Source of the DNA: Gemmatimonadetes bacterium 13_1_40CM_69_22
Lineage (GTDB): Bacteria > Gemmatimonadota > Gemmatimonadetes > Gemmatimonadales > GWC2-71-9
Direction of reading: 5' to 3'
NCBI GenBank assembly: GCA_001917665.1
Contig: MNEL01000018.1
Span: 8,774-72,773, forward strand
DNA length: 64,000 nt
A model generated the notes under the pieces. The model was not told where the DNA came from. It saw only the letters and a program-made list of their open reading frames with translations, and did not search any database. Positions 18,330-27,234 of the stretch are shown here, piece after piece. How positions within the stretch are numbered: position 1 is the first letter of the stretch; the number at the start of each line of letters is the position of its first letter. Made by a program: the position numbers and the translations under genes.

Positions 18330-19226
18330 ATGCAGCGGAAGTGGATCGTCATTGGGGCGGCGTTGCTCGCCGCTTTGCCCGCGGTGCTGGTGGCGCAGCG
18401 GACGCCGCGCGTGCCGCGAGCCCCGCGTGCGCCGCGCGCCTACGCCTACGCGTACGGGGACCACCACGGCCGGATCGGCGTGGTCGTCAACAGCGAGCCC
18501 GATTCCCAGACAGACAAGATCGGCGCGAAACTGGAAGGCGTGACGCCGGGCGGGCCCGCGGCGAAAGCGGGGCTCAAGGTCGGCGACATCATCACCAAGT
18601 TCAACGGCACGTCGCTCGCCGGCGCCAAAACGGAGGACGAGGGGGAGTCGGGTCCGGGGGCGAAGCTCGTGGAGCTGGCACGCAAGCTCGAGCCGGGCGA
18701 CACGGCGCAGGTCGAGTACCGGCGTGGCGGCGACACGAAGAAGGCGACCCTCGTCGCCGAGGATCTGGGCTCGAGCTTCCGGGTCGAGATCCCCAACATG
18801 ACGGTACCGCACGCCATGGTCATGCCCACGATCCCCGACATGAATTTCGAGTTCTTCGGCTCGCCCTGGGGCGACCTGGATCTCGTGAGTCTCAACCCCG
18901 ACCTGGGCGAATACTTCGGTACCAAGGACGGCATCCTGGTCGTGCGGGCGCCCGCCGACTCGAGCCTGCCCCTCAGAGCGGGCGACGTGATCCTGTCGGT
19001 CGGCGCGCGGAAGCCCTCCTCACCGTCCCATGCGATGCGGATCCTGCGTTCCTACGAAGCGGGAGAGACGGTATCCATCGACATCATGCGGAAGCAAAAA
19101 CGCACGACCGTCATGTGGAAGGTGCCGGAGCCGGACGAGCGTCGCGCCATCCGCAAACGGGAGCGGGAGGAGCAGAGCAAGGCCCGGTCGCTGCTACGCC
19201 GCTCGCTGTGGATGCGACGGGTCTAG
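18330..19226 (+). CDS. secreted protein with two PDZ domains and no protease domain
   Basis: Signal peptide MQRKWIVIGAALLAALPAVLVAQ. PDZ carboxylate-binding regions (GAKLEGVTPGGPAAKAGLKVGDIITKFNG and GILVVRAPADSSLPLRAGDVILSVG). Confidence 0.75.
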   Translation: MQRKWIVIGAALLAALPAVLVAQRTPRVPRAPRAPRAYAYAYGDHHGRIGVVVNSEPDSQTDKIGAKLEGVTPGGPAAKAGLKVGDIITKFNGTSLAGAKTEDEGESGPGAKLVELARKLEPGDTAQVEYRRGGDTKKATLVAEDLGSSFRVEIPNMTVPHAMVMPTIPDMNFEFFGSPWGDLDLVSLNPDLGEYFGTKDGILVVRAPADSSLPLRAGDVILSVGARKPSSPSHAMRILRSYEAGETVSIDIMRKQKRTTVMWKVPEPDERRAIRKREREEQSKARSLLRRSLWMRRV

Positions 19227-19245
19227 GCTAGCGGCGGGGGTGAGG

Positions 19246-21165
19246 TCAGCTGGCGCGCCGCGCCGGCAGCACCTGGTCGAACGAGCTGAATTCGAACGGC
19301 TTGGGCACGCAGGGGCGACCCGTCGAAGCGAGGAAGGTGCGTACGCTGTCGTCCACCAGCTGGCCGGTGGTGAAGATCACGCGCTCGGCGTACGACGCGT
19401 CGCGCGCCTTGAGCTCCTGGAACAACTGCTCGCCGGACACGTCGGGCATGCGCATGTCGACGATCACCGCGTCGAAGGCGTCTTCGCGCATGCGCGCCAG
19501 CGCCTCCTTGCCGCTGGCTGTCGTCTCCACCTCGTGGCCGCGGCTCGCGAGGTAGCGCTGCAGCGCGACGCGGACGGACGCCTCGTCGTCGATGACGAGG
19601 ATGTGCAGGCGATCCGTGATCGGCGCGCTGGGGTGTACGGCCGGGTAGTCGCCCGTTGACCGGGGCGCGACGATCGGCAGCTCGATCACGAAGCGGGCAC
19701 CCTGGGCCGCGTTTTCCGCCCAGATCCGGCCCTCGTGCTCGCGCACGATCCCGAGCGAGATGGAGAGCCCGAGGCCCGTACCCGAGCCGGTCGGTTTGGT
19801 CGTGAAGAAGGGGTTGAAGATGCGCTCGAGCAGGTTCGGCGGTATGCCGGGTCCTGTGTCCTCGACCTCGATGCGGAGCACGTCACCCGCGCGGCGGGTG
19901 CGTACCGTGAGCCGCTGCTTGTCGCGTTCCGAGCGCTCCATCGCCTGCTCGGCGTTGGTGATCAGGTTCAGGAAGACCTGCTGCAACTGGTGCGCGTCCG
20001 CCATCGTCTCCGGCACCTGCTCGTCGTAGTCGCGCTCGACGTCGATGCCGCGCACCCGCAGCTCGTAGCCGCGCAGCTCGAGGGTGTCGTCGAGCACCTG
20101 ATTGACCTGGGTGGGCGTCCGCTCCGGCTTGTGCTGGCGTGCGAAAGTCAGGAGGTTCTGCACGATGCGTGACGCGCGTCGCGCCTCGGCGTAGATCATT
20201 TCCGCCGCCGTCCGCTGATCCGGCGGGAACCGCTTCTCGCTGAGCAGCAACTGCGCGAACGCCGAGATGCCGGCCAACGGGTTGTTGAGCTCGTGCGCTA
20301 CGCCGGACACGAGCTGCCCGATGGCGGACATCTTCTCCGACTGGATGAGCTGCTCCTGCAGCATCTTCTGGTCGGTGACGTCGCGGATGACGCACAGCAC
20401 CTCCTCGTCCAGCTGCGGCGTCGAGTAGGTGACCTGGATCGTCCGGACGTCGCCGTCTTTGCGGTAGAAGTTGGTTTCGAACAGCCCGGTCTCGCCGGTA
20501 AGCGCTTTCTGGAAATGGGCGAGCGCCTTGGGGAGCTCGTCATCGGGGAGCATCGGCGCGAACCACTGGCCCACCAGCTCCTCGCGGCGGTACCCCGAGA
20601 TGATCTCGGCGGCGTGGTTGAAGGTGGTGAAGCGGCCGTTCGCGTCGAGCGTCACGATCGCATCGGACGCCGACTCGAACAGGTTGCGGTAGCGGGCCTC
20701 CGAGCGGGCCAGCGTGTCCTGCGCTCGCTGTTGCTCGGTGATGTCGCGCAGCGTGGCGACCGCGCCGAGCAGCTCCCCCTCGAGCACCAGCGGCGTTGTG
20801 GAGACGGCGACCACGCGCTCTTCGCCGTTCGCCCGCACCACCTTGGTCTCGTAGTGCTGCTCCTCGCCCTGGAACGCGCGGCGCTCGCGCTCGGCCACGT
20901 GCTCGCGCTCGCTGGAGGCGACCACGTCGTCGATCGCCGTGCCGGGGAGGTCGTCGAGCGGGCGACCGAACAGCTCGGCCGCCGCACGGTTGGCGGTGAG
21001 CACCCGGCGGTCGGTCCCGGTCACGACCACCGCGTCGGCGAGGGAGGCCACGATTTCCGCGGCCACTCGCAAGGGGTCAAACGCCGGGCGCTTCGGGGCT
21101 GCCTTGGGCGCGGGCGCAGGGGGTCGGAGCCCCCGGGTCGGCGAAGCGCGCCGGCTCTTGCTCAT
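19246..21165 (-). CDS. hybrid sensor histidine kinase (PAS-PAS-HisKA-HATPase_c-REC)
   Basis: ORF 19246..21459 trimmed to MSKSRRASP. H-box SGVAHELNNPL, N-box NLITNAEQAM, G-boxes DTGPGI and GTGLGLS. C-terminal receiver ILVIDDE..VDMRMPDVSG. Confidence 0.9.
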   Translation of the reverse strand: MSKSRRASPTRGLRPPAPAPKAAPKRPAFDPLRVAAEIVASLADAVVVTGTDRRVLTANRAAAELFGRPLDDLPGTAIDDVVASSEREHVAERERRAFQGEEQHYETKVVRANGEERVVAVSTTPLVLEGELLGAVATLRDITEQQRAQDTLARSEARYRNLFESASDAIVTLDANGRFTTFNHAAEIISGYRREELVGQWFAPMLPDDELPKALAHFQKALTGETGLFETNFYRKDGDVRTIQVTYSTPQLDEEVLCVIRDVTDQKMLQEQLIQSEKMSAIGQLVSGVAHELNNPLAGISAFAQLLLSEKRFPPDQRTAAEMIYAEARRASRIVQNLLTFARQHKPERTPTQVNQVLDDTLELRGYELRVRGIDVERDYDEQVPETMADAHQLQQVFLNLITNAEQAMERSERDKQRLTVRTRRAGDVLRIEVEDTGPGIPPNLLERIFNPFFTTKPTGSGTGLGLSISLGIVREHEGRIWAENAAQGARFVIELPIVAPRSTGDYPAVHPSAPITDRLHILVIDDEASVRVALQRYLASRGHEVETTASGKEALARMREDAFDAVIVDMRMPDVSGEQLFQELKARDASYAERVIFTTGQLVDDSVRTFLASTGRPCVPKPFEFSSFDQVLPARRAS

Positions 21166-21836
21166 GAGTCGTAGGAGGCCACCATGGCGCCCTTCATGAG
21201 GCCGAGGCTCTTCAGCGCCGCGTCCGTCACGGTGTGCGGTGTCTCCCCGCGCTGGACGCAGTTCTTGATGATCTCGAGCGCGTGGATCGGGTGCTCGTCG
21301 TCGTACTTGGCGTGCTCTTCCAGCCACCAGCGCCCGCGCGGGCCGATCTTCTCGTTCTTGGCGAGGCCCCGCAGCGCCTTCTCCGAGATCTTCTGGGCGA
21401 CGCCCTCCACGGCGTAGTTCGTCGCCGACACGGCGGCCCCGAACTCCGCGCCCCGGCACATCTCCGTGAGATAGCCGTGGAACTCCTTCACCTCCGGGAT
21501 CATCGGCTCGGGCACTTGGAAGCGCTCCCGGGGGACGTTAAAGCCGTCGCCCATGGCGCGCCACATGGCGTCGTGCCGTTTTTCGACCCGGATGTTGTCG
21601 CGGAAAAAGGCCTTGCCGTCCTCGGGCGAGCGATCGAGTAACAGCTGGAGCCACTGCGGGAAGTCCCGGATGATGGGGTAGAACGCGACGAGAAAGTTCT
21701 GAATCTTCCCGTCCCGCAACTGGTTCTCGGAGGCGTGCACGATCACCGCCGTGTCGAGGATCGCCTCCCGGCTCGGGTCCAAAGCGGCATCCAGGTCGGC
21801 CACCCATCTCGGGTGGGGGGTCACCTGCACAGACAT
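21162..21836 (-). CDS. heme-oxygenase-like fold protein (TenA/PqqC/CADD-type, putative di-iron enzyme)
   Basis: 224 aa, all-helical. Candidate metal ligands in ExxH-type motifs (RVEKRHDAMW, NYAVEGVAQ, WWLEEHAKYDDEHPIHALE). Its stop overlaps the kinase start (ATGA at 21162-21165). Confidence 0.6.
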   Translation of the reverse strand: MSVQVTPHPRWVADLDAALDPSREAILDTAVIVHASENQLRDGKIQNFLVAFYPIIRDFPQWLQLLLDRSPEDGKAFFRDNIRVEKRHDAMWRAMGDGFNVPRERFQVPEPMIPEVKEFHGYLTEMCRGAEFGAAVSATNYAVEGVAQKISEKALRGLAKNEKIGPRGRWWLEEHAKYDDEHPIHALEIIKNCVQRGETPHTVTDAALKSLGLMKGAMVASYDS

Positions 21837-21980
21837 CGGATCTCCTTCCAGGGCGCAACGGACATGAGGGCGATTCCCGCGGGGCTCTAATCTACCGTCG
21901 CGACTCCACCCGACAAGTTAGTGTGACCCGAGAACTTGGCGCAGACGGCTCCGGGGGGCTGTGAGGGGCGTTACGAGGGA

Positions 21981-22010
21981 TTGACACGATATATCGTCCG
22001 AGAATATCTT
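21981..22010 (+). promoter_or_regulatory. putative sigma-70-like promoter with a palindromic operator upstream of the PadR gene
   Basis: TTGACA (21981-21986), the 12-bp perfect palindrome ACGATATATCGT (21986-21997), and TATCTT/ATATCT about 17-18 nt downstream of the -35. An AT-rich patch in a GC-rich genome. Confidence 0.45.
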
Positions 22011-22039
22011 GCCGTAACATCTTAACCTGGAGAAAAGGC

Positions 22040-22582
22040 ATGCCACGGCATTTCGGATGGGAATCGTTCGCCTTCGGTCTCGGGCCCCGCGGCTTCTTCT
22101 GGGCCGGCCCGCGCCGCCGGCGCCGTCAGTGGTTCGAGTCGGGGGACATGAAGTACGTGATCCTCAAGCTGCTCAAGGACAAGCCTCGCCACGGCTACGA
22201 AGTGATGAAAGAGCTCGAGGAGCAGCTGCGCGGCTGCTACTCGCCGTCGCCCGGCACCGTATACCCGACGCTCCAGTGGCTCGAAGATGAAGGGCTCGTC
22301 ACGTCCCGCGACGTGGCGGGAAAGAAGGTCTACGAGATCACGGACACGGGACGCACGTTCCTCGAGGAGCACAAGGATGTCGTGGACGACATCTTCGAGC
22401 GTGTGCACGACACCGTGGAGCGCGCGCTGGGCGGTGCGATGGCCGACATGAACCGCGCCGTCGGCCGGCTGGTGAAGACGGTCTACCGGGCGGGCTGGCG
22501 GTCGCGGGACGAAGCCACGCGCAAGCAAATCGCCGACCGGCTGGAGAAGGTGCGGGAGGAGATCGACACGCTGGTGGCGTGA
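22040..22582 (+). CDS. PadR-family transcriptional regulator
   Basis: Winged-helix core ILKLLKDKPRHGYEVMKELEE...SPGTVYPTLQWLEDEGLV with a Gly/Arg-rich N-terminal tail. Confidence 0.85.
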   Translation: MPRHFGWESFAFGLGPRGFFWAGPRRRRRQWFESGDMKYVILKLLKDKPRHGYEVMKELEEQLRGCYSPSPGTVYPTLQWLEDEGLVTSRDVAGKKVYEITDTGRTFLEEHKDVVDDIFERVHDTVERALGGAMADMNRAVGRLVKTVYRAGWRSRDEATRKQIADRLEKVREEIDTLVA

Positions 22583-22583
22583 G

Positions 22584-22840
22584 CTAGCGGCCCCGGCGCG
22601 GGCGCTGCCGGTTGCGCGCCGCGACGGCGATGGCTTTGTCGGCCCAATGCCCCAGGGTTTCGAGGTCCTCGAGCACGTCCTCGGGGACTTCGTAGTATGG
22701 CATGACTTCCCCACCGGGCACCGTACGGCAGGAACGGACCCATCCCGCGCGCCTCGAAGTCCGGTTGGTTGGAGTCCGCGCGGCGCGACCCGGCCAAGCT
22801 GATGGAGGACGAAGGTTCGGAAGCTGGGGCTGACGGCCAT
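22584..22840 (-). pseudogene. TfoX-N-like gene remnant (internal deletion plus frameshifts)
   Basis: The N-terminus MAVSPSFRTFVLHQLGRVAP, the middle ADSNQPDFEARGMGPF and the C-terminus GGEVMPYYEVPEDVLEDLETLGHWADKAIAVAA lie in three different frames. The roughly 30 aa RRMFGG..LYLKV core expected between the first two pieces is absent. Confidence 0.5.
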
Positions 22841-23300
22841 TCAATACACCCAGTGCGAGCGCGGGATGCAGCGTCTCCGCCCGGCCCCGTCTCGCCGCTC
22901 CACGCCGCACCGATAGTGCTGTCCTCCGTTGCCTTGCGCCAGGTCAATTCCGACTACGAGGTGCTGGGCCGACAGGACGGTGTGCGACTGCACGGCGATG
23001 ACCCAGGGTCGCCCCCCGGCGGAGCAGGCGGGCCCGGCTGGTAGATCATCGACGCGAACGTCTTCGGGCAGCGCCGCAGCGGCAACACCGCGAGGCCGGA
23101 GCGGGTCAGGCGCGCCAGTCGGTCCGCCGGTGGGTCCGGCGCTTTCGAACCTGAGTCTGGCGCCAGGCAAACCACGTGCGAGAGGCCGCTCGAATCGACC
23201 GGCAGCGCCTCGAGCACGGTCTCCAGCGCCTGCTCTTCTGCCGCCGCCAGGAGGCCCGAGTCCCAGCCGCGAGTGGATCCCAGGGCGGGTCGTCGAACAA
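22841..23300 (-). pseudogene. unidentified coding remnant, frame-hopping, no usable start codon
   Basis: High-GC3 protein-like stretches in two frames: LLAAAEEQALETVLEALPVDSSGLSHVVCLAPDSG..FASMIYQ, then AGPACSAGGRPWVIAVQSHTVLSAQHL...HWVY*. The stop at 22841 abuts the TfoX-like ATG. Confidence 0.35.
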
Positions 23301-23720
23301 CAACGCCACGTCAGTCGAGTCGGCCGCGGCGAACACGAACTCTGCCTCGAGACGCGCCGGGACCGCGCGGGCCCCGCAGGCGCGCCCCGGCGTGAAGCGC
23401 CACCGGGCGATCGTGCGACGCAGCCCGTCGTCAAAACCGGGATTCGGAGTGCGGACGACCTGCACCGTTCTGGGGATCGGACGGCCCAGCGTGTCGAGCA
23501 CGAACGCCAACCGCGCCACACCGCCGACTCGAGCCTGGCGCAGAAGGGGCGGGTAGGACGGCGGCGGATTGCCGGAGTCTGGCACGGGAGGTTGCTCGAG
23601 CTGAGAGCGCTCGAACGGAGCGGTTTCCGACAGGGGCCTGCGGCACGGCGGTGCCTGCTGAGCCACGAGCGTCGTGGCCAGCAACACGGAGAGGGCGCCG
23701 CACCCCCCGATGCAGCTCAT
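23106..23720 (-). CDS. TonB C-terminal-domain protein; the last ~70 codons are probably spurious read-through
   Basis: ORF 23106..23804 trimmed to MSCIGGCGALSVLLATTLVAQQ, whose ATG overlaps the upstream stop (ATGA). The TonB_C-like core is PPSYPPLLRQARVGGVARLAFVLDTLGRPIPRTVQVVRTPNPGFDDGLRRTIARWRFTP. After ..EAEFVF the sequence becomes Arg/Trp-rich nonsense. Confidence 0.5.
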   Translation of the reverse strand: MSCIGGCGALSVLLATTLVAQQAPPCRRPLSETAPFERSQLEQPPVPDSGNPPPSYPPLLRQARVGGVARLAFVLDTLGRPIPRTVQVVRTPNPGFDDGLRRTIARWRFTPGRACGARAVPARLEAEFVFAAADSTDVALLFDDPPWDPLAAGTRASWRRQKSRRWRPCSRRCRSIRAASRTWFAWRQTQVRKRRTHRRTDWRA

Positions 23721-24721
23721 GAGGGTTTCCTTGTTGAGCGCCGCCGCTCCCTGAGCTCCTCCAGCGCCGTCTTCACGTACACGCGCGTCATCTGCTTCCG
23801 CCACGACAAGTCGAAGTCGGTGTTATCCAAGGGCTTGGCGGGACGATACGCGGCATCCGCGGCTCGGGCGATGGCTTCGTCCGACAGGTCGGTTCCCTTG
23901 AGGGTCGTACCCCCTTCAGCGACCTCCTGGGGCCAGCTCGCGACGCCGCCGAGCACGATGCGGGCGTCCGCGATGTCGGCGCCATCCCAGTCGATCCACG
24001 CCGCCACGCCGAGGACCGGGAAATCGAACGAGCCGCGCCGGCGCAGCTTGTGGTACACGGCGTCCCAGCCGTCCGGGGCAGGCAGCCGCACCTCGGCGAG
24101 GATCTCGTCGGGGTGCTTGGTGAGGTAGTTGATCCCGTCGTTGGCGTAGAGCCGTCCTGCGGGCATGACGCGCTCGCCCTTGGGTCCGACGAGCCGGAAC
24201 TCGGCGCCGATCGCCACCATCACCGGCGCCACGTCCGAGGAGCTCACTGCCCAGCAGCGGGGTGACGACGGGGCTACCCAGCAGATCTTGCCGTCCTTCT
24301 TCATGCAGAAGTCGATCGCCTTGCGCCATTCGTAGGTCTGGTCGTAGTAGTTGCAGCGCGTGTCGAGGCAGAGGTTGCCGCCGAGCGTGCCCATGTTGCG
24401 GAGCAGGGGGGTGGAGACGAGCTCGGCAGCGTGGGCGACGGCGGGGTAGCTCCGGCGGAATGATGGAAGGATGGAAAGCTCGGAAAGAGTGATGCACGGC
24501 CCGACCACACATCCGGCATCCCGCATCTCGCATCCCGCCAGCTCCGGGATCCCCATCAGCGAGATGACAACCTTCGGCTCCTGCTGCCGCCGCTTCATGT
24601 TGGGGTAGAGATCGGTCCCGCCCGCGACGAACGCCCCGTCCGGGCCGGCATCGGCTTTCATTCGCCACGCCTCGGCCAGCGTGCTCGGCTGCAGGTAGGT
24701 GAAGGAGGGCAGCCTGAGCAT
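23717..24721 (-). CDS. FAD-binding (medium) subunit of a xanthine-oxidase-family molybdoenzyme, HcrB-like with Cys-rich insertion
   Basis: ORF trimmed to MLRLPSFTYLQPSTLAEA. FAD motif AGGTDLYPNMKRR. Insertion LCLDTRCNYYDQTYEWRKAIDFCMKKDGKICWVAPSSPRCW (C-x15-C-x7-C-x8-C). Confidence 0.85.
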   Translation of the reverse strand: MLRLPSFTYLQPSTLAEAWRMKADAGPDGAFVAGGTDLYPNMKRRQQEPKVVISLMGIPELAGCEMRDAGCVVGPCITLSELSILPSFRRSYPAVAHAAELVSTPLLRNMGTLGGNLCLDTRCNYYDQTYEWRKAIDFCMKKDGKICWVAPSSPRCWAVSSSDVAPVMVAIGAEFRLVGPKGERVMPAGRLYANDGINYLTKHPDEILAEVRLPAPDGWDAVYHKLRRRGSFDFPVLGVAAWIDWDGADIADARIVLGGVASWPQEVAEGGTTLKGTDLSDEAIARAADAAYRPAKPLDNTDFDLSWRKQMTRVYVKTALEELRERRRSTRKPS

Positions 24722-27234
24722 CAGCGGTCCCTGACCCCAGGCGCGTGCCCGGGGATCCTGGCACCGTCTAACCCCGGGCTTGCGCCCGGGGTTAGTGGTA
24801 CCGCCTTGCCGTCGCCCCCCTCCCACGGCGGCGGCACGCGGGTTGGATCGGGCCACGGGATGTCCGGGAACGCCGTGGGGCCGAAGCGCGGCTCTTCACC
24901 TTTCGCCTTGCGGCGCAGCGCCTTGAAGACTTTCTCCGGGGTGATCGGCACCACGTCGATGCGCACGCCGACCGCGTCGTATACGGCGTTCGCGACCGCC
25001 GGCGGCACTGGGAGGAGCGGCCCCTGGCCGCATTCCTTGGCGCCGAAGGGACCGTTGGGATCGGGGTCTTCCACGACGTAGGTGACGACGTCGCACATCT
25101 CGAGCGTCGTGGGACTCTTGTACTCGAGCAGGCTCGGGATCTTGTGGACCACGTTGCGGTTGCCGCGGTACGCCATCTCTTCCATCAGCGCTTCGCCCAG
25201 CCCCATGTACACCGAGCCCTCGATCTGGCCCATGACGGTGGCGGCGTTGATCGAGCGACCGACGTCGTGCGCGATAAAGATGCGCGGGACGCGGACGATG
25301 CCGGTTGCGGGATCCACGTCCACCTCGGCGACGCAGGCGCTGTAGGAATAGGCGGGCGACGGCCCGACGCCGGCGCCGCGGTACCGGCCGGGACTCGCGG
25401 GCGGTGTGTACGAGCCGACCGTGCCGACCGTCCCTTCGGCCGCCTCGGCCAACTGCACCGCGTCGGCGAAGCTGAGCCCACGCGCGGGGTTCTCGACGTC
25501 GAACACCCGTCGCTCGGCGAACGCCAGCCGTTCGGCGGGGAGCTCGAGCTTCCGGGCTGCGTGGCGCGCGATGATGTCGCGCGCCCGCTCCGCCGCCTGA
25601 ATGGCGGCGTTCCCCGTCATGAGCGTCACGCGGCTCGAGTAGCTGCCGAGATCCACGGGCGTGAGATCGGTGTCGCCCGTCACGATCGCGATGTCGAATG
25701 GGTCGACCCCGAGCACCTCCGCGACGATCACCGCGAGGATCGAGTCCGACCCCTGGCCGATCTCGGTCGAGCCGCAGAACACGGTCACGCCGCCGCCGCG
25801 GTCGCATTTGAGCTGCACGCCCGAGTGCGGCATTGGGTTCCAGTAGATCGCGAGGCCCGCCCCGGTGATGTAGGACGAGCAGGCGAGCCCGATGCCCTTC
25901 CCGTGCGGCAGCTTGCGGAATTTCTCCTTCCACCCGGAGCCCGCGACGACTTTGCGGATGCAGGGGCCGAGCCCCATCGAGCCGATGCGCAGCCAGTTCG
26001 CGGTGAGCGAGTTCGGCGGGACGAGATGTTTGAGCCGGAGCTCGGCCGGGTCCATGCCGAGCTGCTCGGCGATCTTATCGAGGTGTACCTCCAGCGCGAA
26101 GCGGGGCTGGGGGGTCCCGTGCCCGCGCTTCGGCCCGCAGGGCGGCTTGTTCGTGAACGCTCTTGCGCCCTGGAACTTGTAACGTGGAACGTGATACGTG
26201 ACTGTTTGCAGCGCGCCCGTGTAGTAGGTGCTCGCGACGCCGTAGGAGCCGTAGCCGCCGCCGTCCAAGAGCGACTTGAAGTGCATCGCAGTGATCGCCC
26301 CGTCCCGTTTCACGCCGGTCTTGACCCACATGAGCGCCGGGTGGCGGCCGCGGTGGCAGTAGAACACTTCCTCGCGGGTGAGGGTGATCTTCACCGGCCG
26401 GCCGGTGAGCATCGCGAGTTTCGCCACCACGATCTCGTGGCTGAAGGGGTCGCTCTTGCCGCCGAAGCCGCCGCCGTTTGGGGTGGCGATCACGCGGATC
26501 TTCGCGGGCGAGAGCTCGAGCACCTTGGCGAGCGCGCGATGCACGTAGTGCGGCGTCTGGGTCGAGCTCCACAGGGTGAGCTTGCCGTCGGGCGACCAGT
26601 CGGCGACCGCGGCATGCTGCTCCATCGGCAGGTGGGTGCTCCCCTCGAAGAAGAGCAGGTCCTCGCGCACCAGGTCGGCTGCCGCGAAGCCTTCCGCCAC
26701 GTCGCCGAACTCCAGGTCGATGAGCTTGTGGAGGTTGCCGCCGTCGCCGTAGTCGTGGATGCGCGGCTCGGGGTGCGTGACGGCGTCCGTGGCGTCGGTG
26801 ACGGGGCGGAGCGGCTCGTACGTCACGTGGATCAGATCGAGCGCCGCGCTCGCGGTCTCCTCGCTCACCGCCGCGACGGCGGCGACCGGATCGCCCACGA
26901 AGCGCACTTTGTCGGGCGCCAGCGCGTGCTCGTCCTGGCTCACGGGGAGGATGCCGAACGGGATCGGCAGGTCCTTCCCCGTGAGCACGGCCTTCACTCC
27001 CGCGAGGGCCGCCGCCCGCGACGGGTCGATGCCGAGGATGCGGGCGTGGGGGTGTGGGCTGCGGAGCAGCTTCGCGTAGAGCATGCGGGGCAGCGCGACG
27101 TCGTCCGCGAACTTCGTCGCGCCGACGACCTTGGCGGTGGCGTCGACCTTCCGGAGTGCTTTCCCGACCACGCGAAAGGCGGCGGTCAGGCGGTCGGGGG
27201 GTCGGTCGGCAGCCGTCTTCCTACGGGTAGCCAT
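24721..27234 (-). CDS. molybdopterin-binding (large) subunit, aldehyde oxidase/xanthine dehydrogenase family
   Basis: 837 aa. a/b-hammerhead N-terminus (VVGKALRKVDATAKVVGATKFADD) and Mo-cofactor domains (GGGFGGK, ..GQIEGSVYMGLGEALMEE). Pro-rich C-terminal tail of about 55 aa. Confidence 0.9.
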   Translation of the reverse strand: MATRRKTAADRPPDRLTAAFRVVGKALRKVDATAKVVGATKFADDVALPRMLYAKLLRSPHPHARILGIDPSRAAALAGVKAVLTGKDLPIPFGILPVSQDEHALAPDKVRFVGDPVAAVAAVSEETASAALDLIHVTYEPLRPVTDATDAVTHPEPRIHDYGDGGNLHKLIDLEFGDVAEGFAAADLVREDLLFFEGSTHLPMEQHAAVADWSPDGKLTLWSSTQTPHYVHRALAKVLELSPAKIRVIATPNGGGFGGKSDPFSHEIVVAKLAMLTGRPVKITLTREEVFYCHRGRHPALMWVKTGVKRDGAITAMHFKSLLDGGGYGSYGVASTYYTGALQTVTYHVPRYKFQGARAFTNKPPCGPKRGHGTPQPRFALEVHLDKIAEQLGMDPAELRLKHLVPPNSLTANWLRIGSMGLGPCIRKVVAGSGWKEKFRKLPHGKGIGLACSSYITGAGLAIYWNPMPHSGVQLKCDRGGGVTVFCGSTEIGQGSDSILAVIVAEVLGVDPFDIAIVTGDTDLTPVDLGSYSSRVTLMTGNAAIQAAERARDIIARHAARKLELPAERLAFAERRVFDVENPARGLSFADAVQLAEAAEGTVGTVGSYTPPASPGRYRGAGVGPSPAYSYSACVAEVDVDPATGIVRVPRIFIAHDVGRSINAATVMGQIEGSVYMGLGEALMEEMAYRGNRNVVHKIPSLLEYKSPTTLEMCDVVTYVVEDPDPNGPFGAKECGQGPLLPVPPAVANAVYDAVGVRIDVVPITPEKVFKALRRKAKGEEPRFGPTAFPDIPWPDPTRVPPPWEGGDGKAVPLTPGASPGLDGARIPGHAPGVRDR

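Noticed and set aside
19246-21836. Bacteriophytochrome-type BphO/BphP operon (heme oxygenase plus photoreceptor kinase)
   Set aside because: The kinase sensor region is two plain PAS domains with no GAF/PHY modules or N-terminal chromophore Cys. The small protein resembles the TenA/PqqC/CADD branch and not canonical HmuO/BphO heme oxygenases.
22929-24128. 399-aa plus-strand ORF
   Set aside because: Runs antisense through the decayed region, the TonB-like gene and the FAD subunit gene. Arg/Ser/Pro-rich with no motifs.
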